64,000 nucleotides of DNA from an uncultured Gammaproteobacteria bacterium (GTDB taxonomy: Bacteria; Patescibacteriota; Patescibacteriia; SBBC01; CAIJZX01), in NCBI GenBank assembly GCA_964383765.1, contig CAYLHT010000002.1, forward strand, positions 62,774 through 126,773, given 5' to 3'. Of the stretch, positions 35,884-46,433 are shown piece after piece. A model generated the notes under the pieces. The model saw only the letters and a list, made by a program, of their open reading frames with translations. It was not told where the DNA came from and made no database searches. Made by a program: the position numbers and the translations under genes. Each line of letters opens with the position of its first letter. The first letter of the stretch is position 1.

Positions 35884-36801
35884 TTGATCATGAAGACTGT
35901 ATCCGGAAAAGATATTTCGAAAATTGGTATCGGCAGTTACGGTGTTGGCGGGCGCGGCCATCGCGACATGGAAATCACCGAAAAGGGTGAAGATAAAGTC
36001 TACGTTAAAGCTCTAACCTATACCCTCAAACAGGGTGTCAATTTCTCTGAGATAGCTCTTGGGTACGGGCACGGTCAGTCTTTGAGATTATTCAAACGAG
36101 CTTTGGATCAGAGTGGCGTCGATCGCAGAGATATTTTTCTGACCCATTCTTTGTATCCGAGGGACCTTGCAACGGAGGACATCATTCAGAAGGATGTCGC
36201 CGATTTCTACACAGTCATGGACACCAGCTACGCTGACTCAACGCTGGTGACGGAATCACTCATACGTAAATTCGGCCAAGACCAAGTGTTCTCATTATTA
36301 CATCAACTATTAACTGAAAAGAAATCGCGATATGTCAGTCTCTCCAACGCTAGGCCGGAAGCAATTCAGGAATTTCACCGAGAGTTTGGAGAATCCTTTT
36401 GTGCCCACGAGGGCCATCTGAGTTTTGAAATCCGCGTACTGCAAGATAAGGGGATATTTGACCTATGCAACCAGCTCGGAGTCACGAATATTATTTGGCG
36501 CCCTTTACGACGCGGTAAAACATCACAACACAATTGGGACTTGCTGAGGGAGTTAGCCGAGACGTACGAACGGACGCAAAACCAAATTGTTCTGAATTGG
36601 ATGAGTCATTTAGGCTATCACCCAATGGTGATGTCGACCAACAAAAAGCACATCGATGAGAACATTGCGGCCACGGATTTCCTTATGTCGAATCAAGATT
36701 ATCAACGCCTAACCGACTTCCGGCCAAAATTTTCAAAAGACACCCTAGATGAGAATGACATTGTTACTCTGGCAAATGATTTTGAGAAATATGAGTCATA
36801 G
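35884..36801 (+). CDS. Aldo/keto reductase-like oxidoreductase (305 aa), in an AT-rich island.
   Basis: IGIGSYGVGG ... NFSEIALGYGHGQS resembles the AKR N-terminal signature. GC is clearly lower than in the neighbours. Assignment is tentative. Confidence 0.5.
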   Translation: MIMKTVSGKDISKIGIGSYGVGGRGHRDMEITEKGEDKVYVKALTYTLKQGVNFSEIALGYGHGQSLRLFKRALDQSGVDRRDIFLTHSLYPRDLATEDIIQKDVADFYTVMDTSYADSTLVTESLIRKFGQDQVFSLLHQLLTEKKSRYVSLSNARPEAIQEFHREFGESFCAHEGHLSFEIRVLQDKGIFDLCNQLGVTNIIWRPLRRGKTSQHNWDLLRELAETYERTQNQIVLNWMSHLGYHPMVMSTNKKHIDENIAATDFLMSNQDYQRLTDFRPKFSKDTLDENDIVTLANDFEKYES

Positions 36802-36810
36802 TTTAACAAC

Positions 36811-38400
36811 GTGATTTTATCTCGATTTTTCGTTCCCGATCTTCGGTCTGAGACGCTAACGCAGCCGACGTGGCGTCAACATCGCTGGCCCCAAATAGTC
36901 GTTTTCACATTGGCGACGATTTTTGCTCTCTGGTTTTCGTGGTTCACCATTCAGCGGGCCCAGAATTTCAACGCCGGGTGGTATGACTTGGGCATTATGG
37001 CCCAGACGGTCTGGCGGACTAGCCATGGGTTTGGATTTACGTTTACCAACCCAGAACTTGGTCCAGGTGGGGCGCATGGCTGGACAGCGCCGCGGACGAG
37101 TATTCATACCGACTATTTTCTGATTCTCCTTGCGCCGTTGAGTTGGTTTGGCAACACGGTCGCCGGACTACTGATCATCCAAGCTGCCGTGGTTGCACTC
37201 GGCGCCTGGTTTGCTTGGCGGATTGCGACTCGGTTGATTGGGCGGCCGTGGTTAGCTGTGATTGTAGCCGGGCTATTCTTGTCAGCGCCCCCGCTCGAGT
37301 TCGCGGCCATGTTTGAGTTTCATAGTGTCACGCTGGCGATCACGTTCATCTTGGCGGCCGTTGATGCACTATTGGCTCGCCGTAATCGCGCGTTTTGGAT
37401 GTGGGCAGGGTTAGCGTTGATCACGAAAGAAAACACAGGCATCACGCTAGGACTGATTAGCTGGTTGGTGTTGTGGTGGCAAAGTCGCCGAAAACTTGCT
37501 TGGTGGGCACTGGGCGTGTGTTGGGCGTGGGTGATCATCCAGATCGGCGCCGTGATTCCGCTCTCTCGGCAACATGTGTCCGCGAGCTTCACGAACAAAT
37601 TCTACGGCGGGGGAGAAGGGCAATCTGGTCTTGCCTTCTTGAAACGTCTCTTCAACCCCAGCCTGGCTTGGCACAAACTCGCCACAGCAGTTCACCTGAA
37701 CTCTGGTTTTCAATTACTCTTACCCGGCGGGCTTCTGTTAGCGCTGCTTAGCCCAATGATACTGCTAGCAATTCCAGAACTGCTGCTCTATTGGCTGTCG
37801 GACAGCCCGAACCAGCAAACGGTGGTATTGCATTATCACGCCCTGGTTATTCCAGTGGTGTTCTTGGCATCAATGTTTGCTTGGCGATGTTTCCGGACAG
37901 TGGGATTTGGGCGCGGGAGGGGAAAAAACTTGGTTGATGGAGTCTGGATTGGCGCACTGGTTCTGTCGACAAGCTGGGCTGCAGTCCGATTGGGGCCGTT
38001 ACCCGGCGCTGGACAGACGCGGTGGCCGTTGGTGGCTTGGAAAGAGCATTTGGCACCGAACGTTACTGAGGCGCTGAACATCATTCCAGCTCGCGCCAGT
38101 GTAGCCACGACCCAAAACCTCGGTCCAGCCCTGGCTGAACGGCCGACGGTGTATTTGTTGCCCAGTGGCGTCAAGCAAGCGGACTACATTGTCGTTTTAG
38201 AGCGCCAATTTCCAGCTGACCTGAAGACGAGCGACAAACGGTTGGCGGAAAAAATCATGCTGGAGCGGCTGCAGGACTGGCTAGCCAGTTCCAGCGCTTA
38301 TACCAAACGATATCAGGTCGACCGCGTCTGGGTTTGGCAGAGAATAGGGGATGAGCCTCGACCACTGCCAGCTTGGCCCGATCATTTGCTCGGTCAGTAG
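36811..38400 (+). CDS. Polytopic integral membrane protein (529 aa), GT-C-like / DUF2079-like putative glycosyltransferase.
   Basis: About 12 predicted TM helices with extracytoplasmic loops, and a C-terminal soluble domain. Family assignment is by architecture only. Confidence 0.5.
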   Translation: MILSRFFVPDLRSETLTQPTWRQHRWPQIVVFTLATIFALWFSWFTIQRAQNFNAGWYDLGIMAQTVWRTSHGFGFTFTNPELGPGGAHGWTAPRTSIHTDYFLILLAPLSWFGNTVAGLLIIQAAVVALGAWFAWRIATRLIGRPWLAVIVAGLFLSAPPLEFAAMFEFHSVTLAITFILAAVDALLARRNRAFWMWAGLALITKENTGITLGLISWLVLWWQSRRKLAWWALGVCWAWVIIQIGAVIPLSRQHVSASFTNKFYGGGEGQSGLAFLKRLFNPSLAWHKLATAVHLNSGFQLLLPGGLLLALLSPMILLAIPELLLYWLSDSPNQQTVVLHYHALVIPVVFLASMFAWRCFRTVGFGRGRGKNLVDGVWIGALVLSTSWAAVRLGPLPGAGQTRWPLVAWKEHLAPNVTEALNIIPARASVATTQNLGPALAERPTVYLLPSGVKQADYIVVLERQFPADLKTSDKRLAEKIMLERLQDWLASSSAYTKRYQVDRVWVWQRIGDEPRPLPAWPDHLLGQ

Positions 38401-38797
38401 GGTTGTCCACAGTTTTTGAGAAGTGAGTGTCGGAAAAGATTGTCGAATGAACGCCGTTGAGGCGCATTTGCGATCAAAATGGCCGTTTTGGCTCATCTTG
38501 ACCACCACAAGATCTAGTAGTATACTGCTTGTGAGATCCACTACATCTAGTAGTTGAACCACCCGCGCCAGTCTAGAACATCACAGGCTGGCCGGCGAAG
38601 ACCAAAAGGCGAGAACATTCAACAATTCAACGGCCTTCAACCGTCGTCCCGTCAGGGCCGGCGGGTCCTGTCGAGGCGAGGGAGGCTTGTTTTACTGAGA
38701 TTTTGTGATGGATTGATGATGGGCCTATGCCCTCAGCTACGTCTAACTCTCCACCCATTCAAGCTATGCTATACTGTTCAGCCCGCGAGCGCCGATC

Positions 38798-38936
38798 ATG
38801 ATCCCGTTAGAGGTTCGGCTTGAAATCGATGTCTCGACAACGCCTCAAGCCATGCCCGGAGGATAAGTACGGTGTTCAGTCATGCCGGCGGGGTACGCGC
38901 AAGCTTTGATCATCAGTCTGAACCTCTAACGGGATG
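38798..38936. repeat. Inverted-repeat element family A, copy 1 (~139 nt): ATCCCGTTAGAGGTTC ... GAACCTCTAACGGGAT.
   Basis: 16-bp terminal inverted repeats seen directly. The 3' arm ends ...CGGGATGAAG, supplying the nrdR start codon. Confidence 0.6.
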
Positions 38937-39407
38937 AAGTGTCCATCTTGTCATCATGCCGAAACTAGCGTCACGGACTCGCGCGTGACCGATGAAGGCT
39001 TGGCCATTCGCCGTCGCCGCGAATGCGATCGTTGCGGTTACCGTTTTTCGACGGTTGAGGAGGTTGAAATCCTCAACTTGACGGTTATCAAGCGCGACGG
39101 CCGGCGCGAACCCTACCATCGCGAGAAATTGGAGTCCGGGTTGCACAAGGCCATGGAAAAACGACCGATCACTGCTCAAGCTTTCAAGAAGTTGGTCGGT
39201 CAAATCGAACGCGATATCCAAGTTCGTGGTCGGACCGAGATCACCTCGCAACAAATTGGCGAGATTATCATGAAACGGCTGCAACGCGTCGATCAAGTCG
39301 CCTACATTCGCTTCGCCTCAGTCTATCGCCAGTTCCAAGACGTCCAATCCTTCCAACGCGAGCTCAGCCGAATGGCCAAAGGCCGCTCCAGCAAGTCGAA
39401 AACCTAA
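38934..39407 (+). CDS. nrdR: Transcriptional repressor NrdR.
   Basis: [18 protein letters not shown]...[10 protein letters not shown] zinc ribbon plus ATP-cone. It directly precedes nrdJ. Confidence 0.9.
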   Translation: MKCPSCHHAETSVTDSRVTDEGLAIRRRRECDRCGYRFSTVEEVEILNLTVIKRDGRREPYHREKLESGLHKAMEKRPITAQAFKKLVGQIERDIQVRGRTEITSQQIGEIIMKRLQRVDQVAYIRFASVYRQFQDVQSFQRELSRMAKGRSSKSKT

Positions 39408-39438
39408 CCTCTTCTTCATTCACTCATCTTCCGGTCCC

Positions 39439-42400
39439 ATGCCCGAGACGACGACTACCTCTGAACGCTTGCGCCAAAGCGCGGCGATTGTTGATCAACC
39501 GGTTGCAGTAGTTCCGAAGCGTCGCGGACCTGGCATGAAAATCCAGCGAGTGTTCACCATGGCCGGGCAAGATCCGCTCGAGCAGCTCCAGTATGAGAAC
39601 CGCTCGTCGGTCATCAAGAATCCGGATGGAACGGTGGTGAAAGAGATTAAAGAGGTGGAAGTGCCGGTCACCTGGAGCCAGGTTGCAACCGACATTTTAG
39701 CGCAGAAGTACTTCCGCAAGGCCGGTGTGCCGCAAACCCATCCTGACGGCCGGCCGATTCTCGGGACCGATGGTCGGCAAGTACTTGGTTCAGAACGCAG
39801 CGCTAAACAAGTTATCCGACGCTTAGCCGGCACGTGGCGCTGGTGGGGGCAAGAGCATGGCTACTTCTTCTCGCCTGATGATGCGCAAGCCTATCAAGAT
39901 GAAATGGAGCACATGCTCATTCGCCAAATGGGCGCTCCGAACTCGCCGCAGTGGTTCAACACGGGCTTGCAGTGGGCCTACAACATCACCGGTAGTCCGC
40001 AAGGCCACTTTTTCGTTGACCCGCAAACTGGCGTCTTGAAAGCTTCCACCGACGCCTACACGCACCCGCAACCGCACGCCTGCTTCATCCAGAAAATTAA
40101 CGATGACTTGGTGAATGAGGGTGGAATTTTTGACTTGGTCACTCGCGAGGCGCGCTTGTTCAAATTCGGATCCGGCACCGGCTCGAATTTTTCAAATTTG
40201 CGCGGCCGCGGTGAAAAACTGTCGGGCGGCGGCGGGAGTTCCGGCTTAATGTCCTTCCTGCGAATTTTTGATCGCAGCGCTGGCGCGATTCAATCCGGCG
40301 GGACGACGCGTCGAGCGGCAAAAATGGTGGTGGTCGATGTTGATCATCCGGACGTCGAAGAATTTATTGATTGGAAAGTTCAGGAAGAACAGAAAGTCGC
40401 GGACCTGGTCGCCGGCAGCAAAATCAATTCGGTTGAACTCAACCGAATTATGGAAACGGCCGTAACGGAGAATACCATCGACTACCACAAAAATGTTCGA
40501 CTCGGTCAAACGGTTCGACATGCACTGCAAAGACACGTGCCGCTCAACTACATCATGCGGGCATTAGCCTTGGTTGAGCAGGGTCATGATCAGCTCGATT
40601 TCCCGAGCTTCACTACGCACTTTGAAGGGGAAGCCTACCAAACGGTCTCCGGTCAAAACTCAAATAATACTGTTCGCGTCACCAATGCCTATATGGATTC
40701 CGTTGAACGCGATCAGCCGTGGAATCTGCTGTGGCGCACCACTCGTGATGTGGCCAAAACCATTCCGGCCCGACGGGTCTGGGAAGAAATCGCGTACGCG
40801 GCTTGGGCCTGCGCAGATCCGGGCTTGCAATTTGACACCACGATCAACGAATGGCATACCTGTCCCGAGGACGGCCGGATCAATGGTTCGAACCCGTGTT
40901 CGGAGTATATGTTCTTGGACGATACGGCTTGCAACCTAGCCTCGATTAATTTAGCGCACTTCTATAATGCTGACACCGGGACGTTCAACGTCGAAGCCTA
41001 CAAGCATGCCACCCGGCTGTGGACGATCACCTTGGAAATTTCGGTGTTGATGGCCCAGTTCCCCGGAAAAGAAATTGCGCGGCTGTCCTACATTTTCCGA
41101 ACGCTTGGCCTTGGATACGCCAACCTCGGCACGATTTTGATGATGATGGGCGTACCGTACGACTCGCCCCAAGCTTTAGCGATTGCCGGTAGCTTGACCG
41201 CCATCATGTGTGGCGAATCCTACGCCGCCTCGGCGGAAATGGCCTCACACCTCGGGGCGTTCCCCGGGTACGATCGCAATAAAGAACACATGCTGCGGGT
41301 GATTCGCAATCATCGTCGCGCGGCCTACAACGCCCCGGCGAGTGAGTATGAGGGCCTGACCATTCTGCCGATGGGGATTGATCCGAAATCGGCGCCGGAG
41401 TATCTGGTCAAGGCCGGTCGCGACGCCTGGGACAAAGCCGTCCAGTGGGGGAATGAATACGGTTTCCGCAATGCCCAAGTCACGGTCATCGCTCCGACGG
41501 GCACGATCGGGTTACTGATGGACTGCGACACGACGGGTGTTGAACCGGACTTCGCGATTGTGAAATTCAAAAAACTGGCCGGCGGCGGTTACTTCAAAAT
41601 TGTGAACTCGTCTGTCCCGAAAGCGTTGAAGCGCTTAGGCTATGCCGATCAGCAGATCAAAGAAATTGAGCAATACTGCAAAGGCTCGGGCAGCTTGATT
41701 GGCGCGCCGCATGTGAATCATGAGACGTTGAAAGCTAAAGGCTTAACCGGTGAAGACCTAGCCAAGATCGAATTAGCCCTCGACGGTGCGTTCGATATTC
41801 GTTTCGTCTTCAACCGGGCCACCCTCGGTGACGATATGCTGGTGCGGATGGGGCTAGAAAAGCACATGGAGAACCCGGCCCTGAACGTTCTGGAAGCACT
41901 TGGATTCACTAAAGATCAGATTACGTTAGCGAATGAATACGTCGTCGGCACGATGACGATCGAAGGCGCGCCGCACCTGAAAGAAGAACACTACCCGATC
42001 TTTGATTGCGCCAACACGTGCGGCGTCAAAGGTAAGCGCTACATTGCCTATCCGGCGCACGTCAAAATGCTGGCGGCGACCCAACCATTCATCTCCGGCT
42101 CGATCTCAAAAACCATCAACATGCCGTCCTCGGCCACGATTGAAGAAGTCAAACAGGTGTACTGGGATTCATGGAAAATGATGCTCAAGGCTGTGGCCCT
42201 GTACCGAGATGGGTCAAAGTTGTCACAGCCACTCAACAGCGTCTCCGAAGATGATGAGATCGCGGCCTTGGGCGCGGCTGATGATGACGTGACCGAGGTC
42301 ACACCTAAGGTTGTGAACGATGCCGCGGCGATTCGTGCGGTCAAACAAAAACTTCCGCCGAAGCGCGTCGGCTGGACACAGGAAGCGATTGTCGGCGGCC

Positions 42401-42945
42401 ACAAAGTCTTCATCCGCACCGGCGAATATAACGACGGTCGCTTGGGCGAAGTCTTTATCGATATGTACAAAGACGGAGCCGCCTACCGCTCGCTGATCAA
42501 CTGCTTCGCGATTCTGGTCTCAAAGAGTTTACAGTACGGCATGCCGCTGGAAGAACTGGTTGACACGTTCACCTTCACGCGTTTTGATCCGGCCGGCCCA
42601 GTCATTGGTCATCCCAACATCAAGATGGCGACGTCAATTCTGGACTACATTTTCCGATTGCTCGGCTACGAGTACTTGAACCGCGACGACCTCGTTCAGG
42701 TCAAACCAAACACATCGGAACAACCTGTCCAAGCCCAACTTCCAGGCACTGCGGTGATTGAAAAACCGAAAAACGTAGCCGCCACGGCCATCTCCATGTC
42801 CCCGGCGCCGGACAACTCTTTGGCTGTCGCCAAGGCTCAAGGCTTTACCGGCGACACCTGTGGCAATTGCGGTTCGATGAAAATGAAGCGCAATGGGTCG
42901 TGCATGTTGTGCATTGAGTGCGGGACGACCACGGGGTGCTCGTGA
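39439..42945 (+). CDS. nrdJ: Class II (adenosylcobalamin-dependent) ribonucleoside-diphosphate reductase NrdJ (1168 aa).
   Basis: Active-site region [21 protein letters not shown]. Length and order match long monomeric NrdJ. C-terminal Cys-rich zinc ribbon [22 protein letters not shown]. Confidence 0.9.
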   Translation: MPETTTTSERLRQSAAIVDQPVAVVPKRRGPGMKIQRVFTMAGQDPLEQLQYENRSSVIKNPDGTVVKEIKEVEVPVTWSQVATDILAQKYFRKAGVPQTHPDGRPILGTDGRQVLGSERSAKQVIRRLAGTWRWWGQEHGYFFSPDDAQAYQDEMEHMLIRQMGAPNSPQWFNTGLQWAYNITGSPQGHFFVDPQTGVLKASTDAYTHPQPHACFIQKINDDLVNEGGIFDLVTREARLFKFGSGTGSNFSNLRGRGEKLSGGGGSSGLMSFLRIFDRSAGAIQSGGTTRRAAKMVVVDVDHPDVEEFIDWKVQEEQKVADLVAGSKINSVELNRIMETAVTENTIDYHKNVRLGQTVRHALQRHVPLNYIMRALALVEQGHDQLDFPSFTTHFEGEAYQTVSGQNSNNTVRVTNAYMDSVERDQPWNLLWRTTRDVAKTIPARRVWEEIAYAAWACADPGLQFDTTINEWHTCPEDGRINGSNPCSEYMFLDDTACNLASINLAHFYNADTGTFNVEAYKHATRLWTITLEISVLMAQFPGKEIARLSYIFRTLGLGYANLGTILMMMGVPYDSPQALAIAGSLTAIMCGESYAASAEMASHLGAFPGYDRNKEHMLRVIRNHRRAAYNAPASEYEGLTILPMGIDPKSAPEYLVKAGRDAWDKAVQWGNEYGFRNAQVTVIAPTGTIGLLMDCDTTGVEPDFAIVKFKKLAGGGYFKIVNSSVPKALKRLGYADQQIKEIEQYCKGSGSLIGAPHVNHETLKAKGLTGEDLAKIELALDGAFDIRFVFNRATLGDDMLVRMGLEKHMENPALNVLEALGFTKDQITLANEYVVGTMTIEGAPHLKEEHYPIFDCANTCGVKGKRYIAYPAHVKMLAATQPFISGSISKTINMPSSATIEEVKQVYWDSWKMMLKAVALYRDGSKLSQPLNSVSEDDEIAALGAADDDVTEVTPKVVNDAAAIRAVKQKLPPKRVGWTQEAIVGGHKVFIRTGEYNDGRLGEVFIDMYKDGAAYRSLINCFAILVSKSLQYGMPLEELVDTFTFTRFDPAGPVIGHPNIKMATSILDYIFRLLGYEYLNRDDLVQVKPNTSEQPVQAQLPGTAVIEKPKNVAATAISMSPAPDNSLAVAKAQGFTGDTCGNCGSMKMKRNGSCMLCIECGTTTGCS

Positions 42946-43040
42946 AGAAGGTTAGAGGTAACAGGTTGTAGGTTTTAGGTCGGATGGTATACTGAACCTC
43001 AACCCTTTCACCTATAACCTTTAACCTAAATCCTATTCCT

Positions 43041-43412
43041 ATGCCCGATCCAAAACCATCCGCCGCCGATAAAATCAAGGCTGAAGCCAAGAAAGCCGGC
43101 GCCGAAGTCAAACAAGAATTGAATAAAATTCCCTCGACTTCCGACCAGAATATGCTGGCGGCCTTGTCGTATGTGTGGTGGTTATCGATTGTCTTGTTGC
43201 TGATCAAACGCAACGACGAGTACGTTCATTTCCACGCTAAGCAAGCCGTGATTCTGACCTTCTTGACCATTTTCTGGTGGATCCCAATCCTCGGACAGCT
43301 GTTGTTCGTCCTCGCCATTATCGGGATGATCGTCGGCTTCATTCAAGCCTGGCAGGGGAAACGGTATCAGCTGCCCGTGGTGTACGGCTGGAGTCAGAAG
43401 ATACATTTCTAA
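43041..43412 (+). CDS. Small membrane protein, DUF4870-like (123 aa).
   Basis: Two TM helices around an HFHAKQAV motif. Preceded by a TATACT -10 at about 42987. Confidence 0.5.
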   Translation: MPDPKPSAADKIKAEAKKAGAEVKQELNKIPSTSDQNMLAALSYVWWLSIVLLLIKRNDEYVHFHAKQAVILTFLTIFWWIPILGQLLFVLAIIGMIVGFIQAWQGKRYQLPVVYGWSQKIHF

Positions 43413-43425
43413 TTTGTCATTTCGA

Positions 43426-43500
43426 CGAGCCTGCGAGGAGAAATCTGCGCGGCAGAATTCAGCAACATAGATTTCTCACCCGCCGCGGGTTCGAAATGAC
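43426..43500. repeat. Nested inverted-repeat element family B, copy 1 (75 nt).
   Basis: GTCATTTCGA...GGAGAAATCT...AGATTTCTC...TCGAAATGAC: outer 10-bp and inner 9-bp stems. Sits between the 43041 gene stop and the 43509 gene start. Confidence 0.55.
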
Positions 43501-43508
43501 AGAAGTCT

Positions 43509-44081
43509 ATGCGTCGCGCGCCAACCAAACTTCGTCCCGCTGATCGCGGCCTAACCCACGCCTACATCGGCGATGGCAAGGGTAAAACCACGGCCGCGGT
43601 CGGTACGGCGGTGCGGGCGGCTGGCTACGGTTGGAAAGTTTTGTATTTGCAATTCATGAAAGAACCGAAGTGGCCAAGCGGGGAGCGGGAGAGTCTGAGA
43701 AAACTTGGTATCGACGTTGATGTTCTCGGACAAGGCTGGTATAAAATTTTGAACGATAAGAAATCTGAACGCGAGCATAAAGAAGCAGCTTTGGGCGCAC
43801 TGAAAACCTTACGCGAAAAAATATTTTCCGGACAGTATCAACTCGTGGTAGCTGACGAACTGGGTTCAGCAGTGGAGGAGAAAATTTTGGATCGTAAACC
43901 CGTCGAGAAAATGCTCAAGGATCGACAGTCAAATGACCGCGCGAAGATAGTTCATCTGATTTGGACTGGCCACAAAAAAATCGGGTGGATGTTGAAGTAC
44001 GCGGATTTAGTGACGGAGATGAAGATGGTGAAACATCCGTATTACAAAGGGATTATTGCCACCCGAGGGTTAGATTACTGA
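43509..44081 (+). CDS. Cob(I)alamin/corrinoid adenosyltransferase (CobA/CobO/BtuR family).
   Basis: P-loop-like signature HAYIGDGKGKTTAAVGTAVRAAGYGWKVLYLQFMK. Size ~190 aa. Confidence 0.7.
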   Translation: MRRAPTKLRPADRGLTHAYIGDGKGKTTAAVGTAVRAAGYGWKVLYLQFMKEPKWPSGERESLRKLGIDVDVLGQGWYKILNDKKSEREHKEAALGALKTLREKIFSGQYQLVVADELGSAVEEKILDRKPVEKMLKDRQSNDRAKIVHLIWTGHKKIGWMLKYADLVTEMKMVKHPYYKGIIATRGLDY

Positions 44082-44902
44082 GCTGGCGCCGGTGGCGGAA
44101 CTGAAATCGATGTCTTGGCCTGGTCGGCCTGAAGTTTTTTGTGGATCGGCCAATACAGCAGAAGCATAATTCCCAAAATAATTGCGGTCCAGCTCGTTTT
44201 ACTGAGTGAGCCGATCGTCAGAACCATCAAGACGTAGAGAATTTTATGGACCCGTGTCGAAGTCATGATAATTTCCCAAAGAATCCAAACCGCAATCGCT
44301 ACATCGACGCCTGCTAGAATACTACCGAACGCACCGAGCGGCTTGGCCTTGTCAACCAAACCTTGTGCAGTTGCCAGTAATACGAGCAATGTCGCGAGGA
44401 CATACACTGACACAAAGAAAATATTAATGCCCCACAACCACTTGGTGTGATGGTCGGTTAATGCCACTCGGCGGCGATGGCGGACGCTTTCAGTTTCAAA
44501 ATGGGAAGCCGGTGACCAATACAGGAAGCGACCTTTCCAGGCGTACTGAATCAGACCAGCATATAGGATACATTCAAACAAAAATCCGAAGAGAGTATCA
44601 GTTGTCCAAAATGGTTTCCCATCAATTCGTGGTGAAAGAACGTTCAGGAAAATATCAACAATCGGAAATGCGACGGCATAGATTTTCCAGCCACGATCAC
44701 TCAGCCACCGGCGTCGGAACGCGATCAAGACTAACACGACATAGGAAGGAATTGAGACGAACACATTGGTCCAATCACTCCAATTGAGGTCTGTGTATGA
44801 AGCTGGGTTAAGGACATCGATCAAATACAAAACCGAAAAAATAATCCACGGCCAAGAGATTTTTTTGAACCAGCGGGTCGAGGGCAGCTGAGTATTCTCC
44901 AT
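44075..44902 (-). CDS. Hypothetical polytopic membrane protein (~276 aa).
   Basis: Start set at MENTQLPSTRWFKK. The first 64 codons of the tracked ORF run into a GC-rich hairpin repeat and lack coding character. About seven TM helices. Confidence 0.5.
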   Translation of the reverse strand: MENTQLPSTRWFKKISWPWIIFSVLYLIDVLNPASYTDLNWSDWTNVFVSIPSYVVLVLIAFRRRWLSDRGWKIYAVAFPIVDIFLNVLSPRIDGKPFWTTDTLFGFLFECILYAGLIQYAWKGRFLYWSPASHFETESVRHRRRVALTDHHTKWLWGINIFFVSVYVLATLLVLLATAQGLVDKAKPLGAFGSILAGVDVAIAVWILWEIIMTSTRVHKILYVLMVLTIGSLSKTSWTAIILGIMLLLYWPIHKKLQADQAKTSISVPPPAPAQ

Positions 44903-45012
44903 ACACTCAGTATACCATGGGTTCGTTGGAGCGACGTTGACGACCTCAATCGGGTCACGTACACTATCCACAAGGTAACCCGGCGCAATTCCGGGAGGGT
45001 CCCGCCACCGTG

Positions 45013-45086
45013 ACCTCACCCTAGCCCTCTCCTCAGGAGAGGAGAGGGGAGGAACTCGGACACCGTCTCCGCCTCGTCCGCGGAGT
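45013..45086. repeat. GC-rich hairpin repeat family C, copy 1.
   Basis: CCTCACCCTAGCCCTCTCCTC-AGGA-GAGGAGAGGG...GAACTCGG plus a second hairpin CTCCGC-CTCGTCC-GCGGAG. Homologous to 50700-50745 (CCTCACCTAACCTCTCCTCTGCAAGGAGAGGAACTGCGGG). Confidence 0.5.
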
Positions 45087-45174
45087 AAAGACAAGACCTT
45101 CGTGGAAAGGCTGGCATTCTCAGAATGCCTGCTGTTCTACGACGGCAGGGGATTTATTCATTAGCTTCACTCTT

Positions 45175-45588
45175 ATGAAGCTCCGCAAAATCCTGCTGCC
45201 CGCCCGCGCCAAGCGCCTGTGGCGGTTGGGCGGACCCGTCGTCCTGAGCCTGGTCGTGCTCGGCGCCGGTTGCAGCCTAATGCAAACTATTAACGTCAAC
45301 GGATCGGCCGGGAATACCAACACCGCAGTCAACGCCAGCGCCAACGCGAACATCAGCGCGTCAATTACCTACAGTGGACAAGCCGGCAAAAATGCTCTAG
45401 AGTTACTCACCGCCAGTCATAAGGTCGACACGTCCGCACAGGGCTTTGTCAACGCCATTGATAGCATCAAGCCGGGCGACCACCAGTACTGGGCCTTCTA
45501 CATCAACGGTAAATTATCCGATGTCGGTGCGAAAGACTACCAAACGAAAACCACAGACGCGATCGAGTGGAAACTCGAAAGCTTCTAG
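45175..45588 (+). CDS. Secreted or lipoprotein-like DUF4430-like protein (transcobalamin-like B12-binding fold candidate).
   Basis: Signal/lipobox-like VVLGAGCS. C-terminus GFVNAIDSIKPGDHQYWAFYINGKLSDVGAKDYQTKTTDAIEWKLESF matches the DUF4430 pattern (WxYxVNG...GA..Y.l.dGD.i.w). Confidence 0.55.
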   Translation: MKLRKILLPARAKRLWRLGGPVVLSLVVLGAGCSLMQTINVNGSAGNTNTAVNASANANISASITYSGQAGKNALELLTASHKVDTSAQGFVNAIDSIKPGDHQYWAFYINGKLSDVGAKDYQTKTTDAIEWKLESF

Positions 45589-45790
45589 GGCTGGAAAAAC
45601 GGGCGCCGCGCGCAGAGCGCGCGGCGCCCACAAGCCAATCCGTCGCTCAGTCCGGCTAACGGTTCAACGCGGATCACGGGCTGTGCCGATTGCACAAGCT
45701 CTCAGCAGCTTAGTGCCGGCAGTGCACCACCACGAAACCGTGACCGCCGAAGCCGTTCATCAACTCCCGACGTCGGTCGGATGGACGCCG

Positions 45791-46258
45791 ATGGTGGAGA
45801 ATCCACCCCGACCAACAGTCCAATTGAGCCAACCGCGGGCTTGGCAAATTTCTTGGATTGGGGCCGCGGTCGCTGTGGCTAGTCTGATGGTGATTTCCGT
45901 GGCGGTCGCCGGATGGTACCAGTCACCGCAGTCAACGACCCAAGGACACATTTTGGGTGTTTCAGCTACGCAACCACTGCAGGTCACCGTCACCGTCTCT
46001 GCGCCATTCTCACACGCTAGCGCCACGACTATTCTGTCGACGGGCACGTTGACCGAAGCACTGGCGCGAGCCGCCTCGGCTCTCAACTCATCACTCGGGT
46101 ACACCAGTCGCGGTTCGTCGATCTACCTAACGAGTTTTCTTGAGACTTCGAATAGTCCAGCTGGGCATTGGGGGATTGCCGTCAACGGGGCACCGGTGAC
46201 CGACTTGAGTCTAGTCACCCTGAATCAAGGTGACCAGGTGACGGCTACTTGGCAATGA
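45791..46258 (+). CDS. Second DUF4430-like protein with N-terminal TM anchor.
   Basis: Start chosen at MVENPPRP... because the upstream part of the tracked ORF overlaps the previous gene. TM WIGAAVAVASLMVISVAVAGW. C-terminus GYTSRGSSIYLTSF...GHWGIAVNGAPVTD...GDQVTATWQ. Confidence 0.5.
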   Translation: MVENPPRPTVQLSQPRAWQISWIGAAVAVASLMVISVAVAGWYQSPQSTTQGHILGVSATQPLQVTVTVSAPFSHASATTILSTGTLTEALARAASALNSSLGYTSRGSSIYLTSFLETSNSPAGHWGIAVNGAPVTDLSLVTLNQGDQVTATWQ

Positions 46259-46433
46259 TCCCGTTAGAGACTGTTCCAGCTGGTGGTCGCCAACTCAATG
46301 ACCAAACGAGTCCATTTACAAATTCACCTGTGTTTTCAGCCAACTACTCATCAGTCGCAACCTACGGTGGTCGTGAGTCATGCCCATGTTGTATGTTCAG
46401 CTTCTATTCATTCGAGCAATCTCTAACGGGATG
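46256..46433. repeat. Inverted-repeat element family A, copy 2 (~178 nt): ATCCCGTTAGAGAC ... ATCTCTAACGGGAT.
   Basis: Same terminal repeats as copy 1. Internal shared 9-mer AGTCATGCC. The 5' end overlaps the stop of the 45791 gene (TGATCCCG). The 3' arm ends CGGGATGAAA, supplying the start of the 46431 gene. Confidence 0.6.

Noticed and set aside
38500-38933. NrdR boxes upstream of nrdR/nrdJ
   Set aside because: No 16-bp acaCwAtATaTwGtgt-like palindromes are found. Only unrelated repeats and IR element A1 occur there.
42946-43040. Long dyad-like region after nrdJ (GGT-rich arm, then ACC-rich arm, around a TATACT)
   Set aside because: The arms are complementary in composition but only weakly in sequence. 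There is no clean stem or T-run. It is treated as a possible promoter region only.
46256-46433. Cobalamin riboswitch upstream of the putative S-component gene
   Set aside because: The element has terminal inverted repeats, but I could not find the B12 box (GCCACUG) or the GGGAA / GGUG-AA core. It is treated as an IR element instead. An Rfam scan would settle this.
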